Below, one piece after another: positions 55,275-64,000 of a DNA stretch of 64,000 nt. Each line of letters starts with the position of its first letter. The stretch's first letter is position 1. Position numbers and translations under genes: made by a program. The stretch lies in the NCBI RefSeq assembly GCF_009914755.1, contig NC_060939.1; one strand, given 5' to 3'. Under the pieces are notes generated by a model, which was given only the letters and a program-made list of their open reading frames with translations, had not been told where the DNA came from and made no database searches. This DNA is from the human T2T-CHM13v2.0 reference genome, Homo sapiens.

Positions 55275-58200
55275 TTGAGTCCATTCAATTCCATTCCTTT
55301 CGTTTCCATTCCATTTGATGCCATTCCATTCAATTCTGTTCTACTCGACTCCAATACATTCAATTCCATTCCATCCGATTCCATTACATTCTTTTCATTT
55401 CTTATCCATTTCAAGCCATTCCACTCCATTCCATTCCACTCGTTTCCTTTCCATTCGAGTCCATTCCTCTCCAGTCCATTCCGTTCAATCCATTCCATTC
55501 CAGTCCATTCCATTCGAGTCTGTTCCATTCCAGTCCATTCCATTCGAGTCAATTCCATCCCATTCGATGTCTTTCCATAACGATCCATTCCATTCTATTC
55601 CTTTCGATTCCATTCCATTCTATTTCATTCCATTCGATTCCCTTCCATTGGACTCCTTTCCATTCGAGTGCATTCCATTCCGTTCCATTTCTTTCCGTTC
55701 TGTACGATTCCTACCGTTCGATTTCATTTTCTTCCAGTCCATTCTTTCGCGTCCATTCCATTCCATTTCACTCCATTCGATTCCATTCCACTCGATTCCA
55801 CTTCGTTCCATTTCATTGCATTCCATTCTATTCAACTCTATTGCCTTCCATTCCATTCCATTCGATTACATTCCATGCGATTCCATTCGAAATCGAATCA
55901 ATTACATTGCAATCCATTACTATTGAGTCCGTTTTATTCCAGTCCACTGCATTCTGGTCCATTCCATTTGATTCCATTCCATTCTATTCCATTCCATACA
56001 GTTGCATTCCATTGGATTCCATGCTATATCTATAAATTCAATTCGAGACCATTGCTTTTGAGTCCATTCTATATGATTCCATTCCATTCAAGTCCATTAC
56101 ATTTGGTTAAATTCCATTCCATTCGGTTCAATTCCATTCCATTCCATTCCCTTCCATTCCATTCCAGTTGATATCAATCCATTCGATTCCATTCCATTCG
56201 AGCACATTCCATTCGAGTCCATTCCATTCGATGCCATTCCATTTGATTCTATTCCATTAGTCTCCATTCAATTCCATTAATCTCCATTCCATTCCATTCT
56301 ACTCCAACTGATTCCATTCCATTCTATTCCTTTCCATTCCATTTCATTCCATTCCATTCCATTCCATTCCATTCCATTCCATTCCATTCCATTCGTGTCC
56401 ATTCCACTCCAGTCCATTCCATTCGTATCCATTCCATTCCAGTCCATTCCATTTGTGTCCACTGCATTCCATTCCACTCCATTCCATATTATTCCATTAC
56501 ACTCCATTCCATTCTATTACTTTCATTTCCATTCAATTCCATTCCATTTGATTCCATTCCACTCGGTTTCATTCCATTTGAGTCCACTCCATTCCATTCC
56601 ATTCCATTCAGTTCCATTCCATTCTGTTCCATTCCATTCCGTTCCGTTACATTCCATTCCATTCGGTACCATTCCATATTGTTCCATTCGATTCCATTCG
56701 AATCCATTCCATTCCAGTCCATTCCATTCGATTCCATTCCATTCATTTCAATTCCATTCCATTCCATTCCATTACATTCCACTTGATTCCTCTCCATTCC
56801 CTTCCACTGCATTCCGTTCGATTCCATTCCATTGCATTGCATTCCATTCCATTGGATTGCATTCCATTCGATTCCATTCCATTCGAATCAATTACATAGC
56901 AATCCATTACATTCGAGTCTATTCTCTTCCGTTCCATTCGATTTCGTTCCAATCCATTCGATTCCATTCCATTCGATTCCATTCCATACTATTGCATTCC
57001 ATTCTATTACATTATATTCGAATAAGTTCCATTCAAGACCATTTCTTTTGAGTCCATTCTATTTGAGTCCATTCCCTTTGATTCCATAACATTTGAGTCC
57101 ATTCAATTCCATTCCTTTCGTTTCCATTCCATTTGATGCCATTCCATTCAATTCTGTTCTACTCGACTCCAATACATTCAATTCCATTCCATCCGATTCC
57201 ATTACATTCTTTTCATTTCTTATCCATTTCAAGCAATTCCACTCCATTCCATTCCACTCGATTCCTTTCCATTCGAGTCCATTCCTCTCCAGTCCATTCC
57301 GTTCAATCCATTCCATTCCAGTCCATTCCATTCGAGTCCGTTCCATTCCAGTCCATTCCATTCGAGTCAATTCCATTCCATTCGATGTCTTTCCATAACG
57401 ATCCATTCCATTCTATTCCTTTCGATTCCATTCCATTCTATTTCATTCCATTCGATTCCCTTCCATTGGACTCCTTTCCATTCGAGTGCATTCCATTCCG
57501 TTCCATTTCTTTCCGTTCTGTACGATTCCTACCGTTCGATTTCATTTTGTTCCAGTCCATTCTTTCGCGTCCATTCCATTCCATTTCACTCCATTCGATT
57601 CCATTCCACTCGATTCCACTTCGTTCCATTTCATTGCATTCCATTCTATTCAACTCTATTGCCTTCCATTCCATTCGATTCGATTACATTCCATGCGATT
57701 CCGTTCGAAATCGAATCAATTACATTGCAATCCATTACTATTGAGTCCATTTTATTCCAGTCCACTGCATTCTGGTCCATTCCATTTGATTCCATTCCAT
57801 TCTATTCCATTCCATACAGTTGCATTCCATTGGATTCCATGCTATATCTATAAATTCAATTCGAGACCATTGCTTTTGAGTCCATTCTATATGATTCCAT
57901 TCCATTCAAGTCCATTACATTTGGTTAAATTCCATTCCATTCGGTTCAATTCCATTCCATTCCATTCCCTTCCATTCCATTCCAGTTGATATCAATCCAT
58001 TCGATTCCATTCCATTCGAGCACATTCCATTCGAGTCCATTCCATTCGATGCCATTCCATTTGATTCTATTCCATTAGTCTCCATTCAATTCCATTAATC
58101 TCCATTCCATTCCATTCTACTCCAACTGATTCCATTCCATTCTATTCTTTTCCATTCCATTTCATTCCATTCCATTCAATTCCATTCCATTCCATTCCAT

Positions 58201-61200
58201 TCGTGTCCATTCCACTCCAGTCCATTCCATTGGTATCCATTCCATTCCAGTCCATTCCATTTGTGTCCACTGCATTCCATTCCACTCCATTCCATATTAT
58301 TCCATTACACTCCATTCCATTCTATTACTTTCATTTCCATTCAATTCCATTCCATTTGATTCCATTCCACTCGGTTTCATTCCATTTGAGTCCACTCCAT
58401 TCCATTCCATTCCATTCAGTTCCATTCCATTCTGTTCCATTCCATTCCGTTCCATTACATTCCATTCCATTCGGTACCATTCCATATTGTTCCATTCGAT
58501 TGCATTCGAATCCATTCCATTCCAGTCCATTCCATTCGATTCCATTCCATTCATTTCAATTCCATTCCATTCCATTCCATTACATTCCACTTGATTCCTC
58601 TCCATTCCCTTCCACTGCATTCCGTTCGATTCCATTCCATTGCATTGCATTCCATTCCATTGGATTGCATTCCATTCGATTCCATTCCATTCGAATCAAT
58701 TACATAGCAATCCATTACATTCGAGTCTATTCTCTTCCGTTCCATTCGATTTCATTCCAATCCATTCGATTCCATTCCATTCGATTCCATTCCATACTAT
58801 TGCATTCCATTCGATTACATTATATTCGAATAAGTTCCATTCAAGACCATTTCTTTTGAGTCCATTCTATTTGAGTCCATTCCCTTTGATTCCATAACAT
58901 TTGAGTCCATTCAATTCCATTCCTTTCGTTTCCATTCCATTTGATGCCATTCCATTCAATTCTGTTCTACTCGACTCCAATACATTCAATTCCATTCCAT
59001 CCGATTCCATTACATTCTTTTCATTTCTTATCCATTTCAAGCCATTCCACTCCATTCCATTCCACTCGTTTCCTTTCCATTCGAGTCCATTCCTCTCCAG
59101 TCCATTCCGTTCAATCCATTCCATTCCAGTCCATTCCATTCGAGTCCATTCCATTCCAGTCCATTCCATTCGAGTCAATTCCATTCCATTCGATGTCTTT
59201 CCATAACGATCCATTCCATTCTATTCCTTTCGATTCCATTCCATTCTATTTCATTCCATTCGATTCCCTTCCATTGGACTCCTTTCCATTCGAGTGCATT
59301 CCATTCCATTCCATTTCTTTCCGTTCTGTACGATTCCTACCGTTCGATTTCATTTTGTTCCAGTCCATTCTTTCGCGTCCATTCCATTCCACTTCACTCC
59401 ATTCGATTCCATTCCACTCGATTCCACTTCGTTCCATTTCATTGCATTCCATTCTATTCAACTCTATTGCCTTCCATTCCATTCCATTCGATTACATTCC
59501 ATGCGATTCCATTCGAAATCGAATCAATTACATTGCAATCCATTACTATTGAGTCCGTTTTATTCCAGTCCACTGCATTCTGGTCCATTCCATTTGATTC
59601 CATTCCATTCTATTCCATTCCATACAGTTGCATTCCATTGGATTCCATGCTATATCTATAAATTCAATTCGAGACCATTGCTTTTGAGTCCATTCTATAT
59701 GATTCCATTCCATTCAAGTCCATTACATTTGGTTAAATTCCATTCCATTCGGTTCAATTCCATTCCATTCCATTCCCTTCCATTCCATTCCAGTTGATAT
59801 CAATCCATTCGATTCCATTCCATTCGAGCACATTCCATTCGAGTCCATTCCATTCGATGCCATTCCATTTGATTCTATTCCATTAGTCTCCATTCAATTC
59901 CATTAATCTCCATTCCATTCCATTCTACTCCAACTGATTCCATTCCATTCTATTCCTTTCCATTCCATTTCATTCCATTCCATTCCATTCCATTCGTGTC
60001 CATTCCACTCCAGTCCATTCCATTCGTATCCATTCCATTCCAGTCCATTCCATTTGTGTCCACTGCATTCCATTCCACTCCATTCCATATTATTCCATTA
60101 CACTCCATTCCATTCTATTACTTTCATTTCCATTCAATTCCATTCCATTTGATTCCATTCCACTCGGTTTCATTCCATTTGAGTCCACTCCATTCCATTC
60201 CATTCCATTCAGTTCCATTCCATTCTGTTCCATTCCATTCCGTTCCATTACATTCCATTCCATTCGGTACCATTCCATATTGTTCCATTCGATTCCATTC
60301 GAATCCATTCCATTCCAGTCCATTCCATTCGATTCCATTCCATTCCTTTCAATTCCATTCCATTCCATTCCATTACATTCCACTTGATTCCTCTCCATTC
60401 CCTTCCACTGCATTCCGTTCGATTCCATTCCATTGCATTGCATTCCATTCCATTGGATTGCATTCCATTCGATTCCATTCCATTCGAATCAATTACATAG
60501 CAATCCATTACATTCGAGTCTATTCTCTTCCGTTCAATTCGATTTCGTTCCAATCCATTCGATTCCATTCCATTCGATTCCATTCCATACTATTGCATTC
60601 CATTCGATTACATTATATTCGAATAAGTTCCATTCAAGACCATTTCTTTTGAGTCCATTCTATTTGAGTCCATTCCCTTTGATTCCATAACATTTGAGTC
60701 CATTCAATTCCATTCCTTTCGTTTCCATTCCATTTGATGCCATTCCATTCAATTCTGTTCTACTCGACTCCAATACATTCAATTCCATTCCATCCGATTC
60801 CATTACATTCTTTTCATTTCTTATCCATTTCAAGCCATTCCACTCCATTCCATTCCACTCGTTTCCTTTCCATTCGAGTCCATTCCTCTCCAGTCCATTC
60901 CGTTCAATCCATTCCATTCCAGTCCATTCCATTCGAGTCCGTTCCATTCCAGTCCATTCCATTCGAGTCAATTCCATTCCATTCGATGTCTTTCCATAAC
61001 GATCCATTCCATTCTATTCCTTTCGATTCCATTCCATTCTATTTCATTCCATTCGATTCCCTTCCATTGGACTCCTTTCCATTCGAGTGCATTCCATTCC
61101 GTTCCATTTCTTTCCGTTCTGTACGATTCCTACCGTTCGATTTCATTTTGTTCCAGTCCATTCTTTCGCGTCCATTCCATTCCATTTCACTCCATTCGAT

Positions 61201-64000
61201 TCCATTCCACTCGATTCCACTTCGTTCCATTTCATTGCATTCCATTCTATTCAACTCTATTGCCTTCCATTCCATTCCATTCGATTACATTCCATGCGAT
61301 TCCATTCGAAATCGAATCAATTACATTGCAATCCATTACTATTGAGTCCGTTTTATTCCAGTCCACTGCATTCTGGTCCATTCCATTTGATTCCATTCCA
61401 TTCTATTCCATTCCATACAGTTGCATTCCATTGGATTCCATGCTATATCTATAAATTCAATTCGAGACCATTGCTTTTGAGTCCATTCTATATGATTCCA
61501 TTCCATTCAAGTCCATTACATTTGGTTAAATTCCAATCCATTCGGTTCAATTCCATTCCATTCCATTCCCTTCCATTCCATTCCAGTTGATATCAATCCA
61601 TTCGATTCCATTCCATTCGAGCACATTCCATTCGAGTCCATTCCATTCGATGCCATTCCATTTGATTCTATTCCATTAGTCTCCATTCAATTCCATTAAT
61701 CTCCATTCCATTCCATTCTACTCCAACTGATTCCATTCCATTCTATTCCTTTCCATTCCATTTCATTCCATTCCATTCCATTCCATTCCATTCGTGTCCA
61801 TTCCACTCCAGTCCATTCCATTCGTATCCATTCCATTCCAGTCCATTCCATTTGTGTCCACTGCATTCCATTCCACTCCATTCCATATTATTCCATTACA
61901 CTCCATTCCATTCTATTACTTTCATTTCCATTCAATTCCATTCCATTTGATTCCATTCCACTCGGTTTCATTCCATTTGAGTCCACTCCATTCCATTCCA
62001 TTCCATTCAGTTCCATTCCATTCTGTTCCATTCCATTCCGTTCCATTACATTCCATTCCATTCGGTACCATTCCATATTGTTCCATTCGATTCCATTCGA
62101 ATCCATTCCATTCCAGTCCATTCCATTCGATTCCATTCCATTCATTTCAATTCCATTCCATTCCATTCCATTACATTCCACTTGATTCCTCTCCATTCCC
62201 TTCCACTGCATTCCGTTCGATTCCATTCCATTGCATTGCATTCCATTCCATTGGATTGCATTCCATTCGATTCCATTCCATTCGAATCAATTACATAGCA
62301 ATCCATTACATTCGAGTCTATTCTCTTCCGTTCCATTCGATTTCGTTCCAATCCATTCGATTCCATTCCATTCGATTCCATTCCATACTATTGCATTCCA
62401 TTCGATTACATTATATTCGAATAATTTCCATTCAAGACCATTTCATTTGAGTCCATTCTATTTGAGTCCATTCCCTTTGATTCCATAACATTTGAGTCCA
62501 TTCAATTCCATTCCTTTCGTTTCCATTCCATTTGATGCCATTCCATTCAATTCTGTTCTACTCGACTCCAATACATTCAATTCCATTCCATCCGATTCCA
62601 TTACATTCTTTTCATTTCTTATCCATTTCAAGCCATTCCACTCCATTCCATTCCACTCGTTTCCTTTCCATTCGAGTCCATTCCTCTCCAGTCCATTCCG
62701 TTCAATCCATTCCATTCCAGTCCATTCCATTCGAGTCCGTTCCATTCCAGTCCATTCCATTCGAGTCAATTCCATTCCATTCGATGTCTTTCCATAACGA
62801 TCCATTCCATTCTATTCCTTTCGACTCCATTCCATTCTATTTCATTCCATTCGATTCCCTTCCATTGGACTCCTTTCCATTCGAGTGCATTCCATTCCGT
62901 TCCATTTCTTTCCGTTCTGTACGATTCCTACCGTTCGATTTCATTTTGTTCCAGTCCATTCCTTTCGCGTCCATTCCATTCCATTTCACTCCATTCGATT
63001 CCATTCCACTCGATTCCACTTCGTTCCATTTCATTGCATTCCATTCTATTCAACTCTATTGCCTTCCATTCCATTCGATTCGATTACATTCCATGCGATT
63101 CCATTCGAAATCGAATCAATTACATTGCAATCCATTACTATTGAGTCCGTTTTATTCCAGTCCACTGCATTCTGGTCCATTCCATTTGATTCCATTCCAT
63201 TCTATTCCATTCCATACAGTTGCATTCCATTGGATTCCATGCTATATCTATAAATTCAATTCGAGACCATTGCTTTTGAGTCCATTCTATATGATTCCAT
63301 TCCATTCAAGTCCATTACATTTGGTTAAATTCCATTCCATTCGGTTCAATTCCATTCCATTCCATTCCCTTCCATTCCATTCCAGTTGATATCAATCCAT
63401 TCGATTCCATTCCATTCGAGCACATTCCATTCGAGTCCATTCCATTCGATGCCATTCCATTTGATTCTATTCCATTAGTCTCCATTCAATTCCATTAATC
63501 TCCATTCCATTCCATTCTACTCCAACTGATTCCATTCCATTCTATTCCTTTTTATTCCATTTCATTCCATTCCATTCCATTCCATTCCATTCCATTCCAT
63601 TCGTGTCCATTCCACTCCAGTCCATTCCATTCGTATCCATTCCATTCCAGTCCATTCCATTTGTGTCCACTGCATTCCATTCCACTCCATTCCATATTAT
63701 TCCATTACACTCCATTCCATTCTATTACTTTCATTTCCATTCAATTCCATTCCATTTGATTCCATTCCACTCGGTTTCATTCCATTTGAGTCCACTCCAT
63801 TCCATTCCATTCCATTCAGTTCCATTCCATTCTGTTCCATTCCATTCCGTTCCGTTACATTCCATTCCATTCGGTACCATTCCATATTGTTCCATTCGAT
63901 TCCATTCGAATCCATTCCATTCCAGTCCATTCCATTCGATTCCATTCCATTCATTTCAATTCCATTCCATTCCATTCCATTACATTCCACTTGATTCCTC

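Larger units (their letters stand above)
1017..63878 (+). repeat. ~1.8-kb higher-order repeat, one KpnI site per unit (D15Z1-like, human chr15p HSat3)
   Basis: Seen: GGTACC at 1017, 2825, 4643 ... 63873. A landmark recurs at 1445, 3273, 5071, 6874, 8623, 10431, 12239, 14047, 15850, 17658, 19471, 21269, 23067, 24870, 26649, 28423, 30237, 32011, 33824, 35603, 37357, 39165, 40938, 42736, 44544, 46342, 48136, 49929, 51722, 53501, 55275, 57093, 58901, 60694, 62492 (spacings 1749-1828 bp). Known: D15Z1 is described as a 1.8-kb KpnI satellite III repeat. The periodicity is certain; the locus name is inferred without alignment. Confidence 0.85.
1..64000 (+). repeat. Satellite III (HSat3) array of diverged CATTC/GGAAT pentamers, single orientation, running off both window ends
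   Basis: Seen: (CATTC)n with variants CATTCGATT, GAGTCC, CAGTCC throughout; C/T-rich + strand; no non-satellite interruption. Known: CATTC-based arrays with long pure pentamer runs are HSat3, whereas HSat2 is dominated by CATTCGATTC/GATGATTCC-type 23-26-bp motifs. Confidence 0.98.

Noticed and set aside
1-64000. Hundreds of ORFs (HSIPF-rich on +, MEWNG-rich on -), repeated every 1.8 kb
   Set aside because: They are the direct translation of a stop-free pentamer (CATTC gives HSIPF, GAATG gives MEWNG) and overlap in several frames on both strands. Frames change freely between units through 5-bp and 1-bp indels, and there is no recognisable domain.
1-64000. CRISPR-like or other repeat-spacer array
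   Set aside because: Sequences between landmarks are near-identical in every unit rather than unique spacers, and there are no cas-like ORFs.
1-64000. Embedded transposon (Alu/L1), strand inversion or unique island
   Set aside because: All 34 landmark spacings fall within 1749-1828 bp, leaving no room for an insertion. No GGAAT runs appear on the + strand.
1-64000. HSat2 (chr1 1.77-kb unit), DYZ1 (3.5-kb) or alpha satellite
   Set aside because: There are no 171-bp monomers. It lacks the GATGATTCCATTCGA-type HSat2 motif and has long pure CATTC runs. The basic period is ~1.8 kb; the 3.6-kb spacing appears only locally as B-A alternation.

Overview
The whole 64-kb window is one uninterrupted, single-orientation array of classical primate satellite III (HSat3): diverged (CATTC)n on the + strand, (GAATG)n on the - strand. 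It is organised into about 35.6 tandem copies of a ~1.8-kb higher-order unit (observed lengths 1749-1828 bp, mean ~1795 bp), each with a single KpnI site (GGTACC at 1017, 2825, 4643 ... 63873). This matches the described organisation of the human chr15p D15Z1 satellite (1.8-kb KpnI repeat), but that assignment rests on recall, not alignment. I found no genes, RNA genes, transposon insertions or inversions. All ORFs in the track (HSIPF/MEWNG repeats) are translation artefacts of the pentamer. I found no new coding system. The structure worth following up is layered periodicity: 5-bp pentamer, then two ancient diverged ~0.9-kb halves inside each unit, then the 1.8-kb unit in three haplotype classes (A common; B marked by EcoRI; C marked by CAAACC), then a partly eroded ~9-kb five-unit super-period. 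The array also shows mosaic (conversion-like) units, one hypervariable pure CATTC tract per unit, and a CpG-deamination signature. Units are numbered from the recurring landmark TTGAGTCCATTCAATTCCATTCCTTTCG (unit 1 = 1445, unit 35 = 62492). All comparisons were made by eye.
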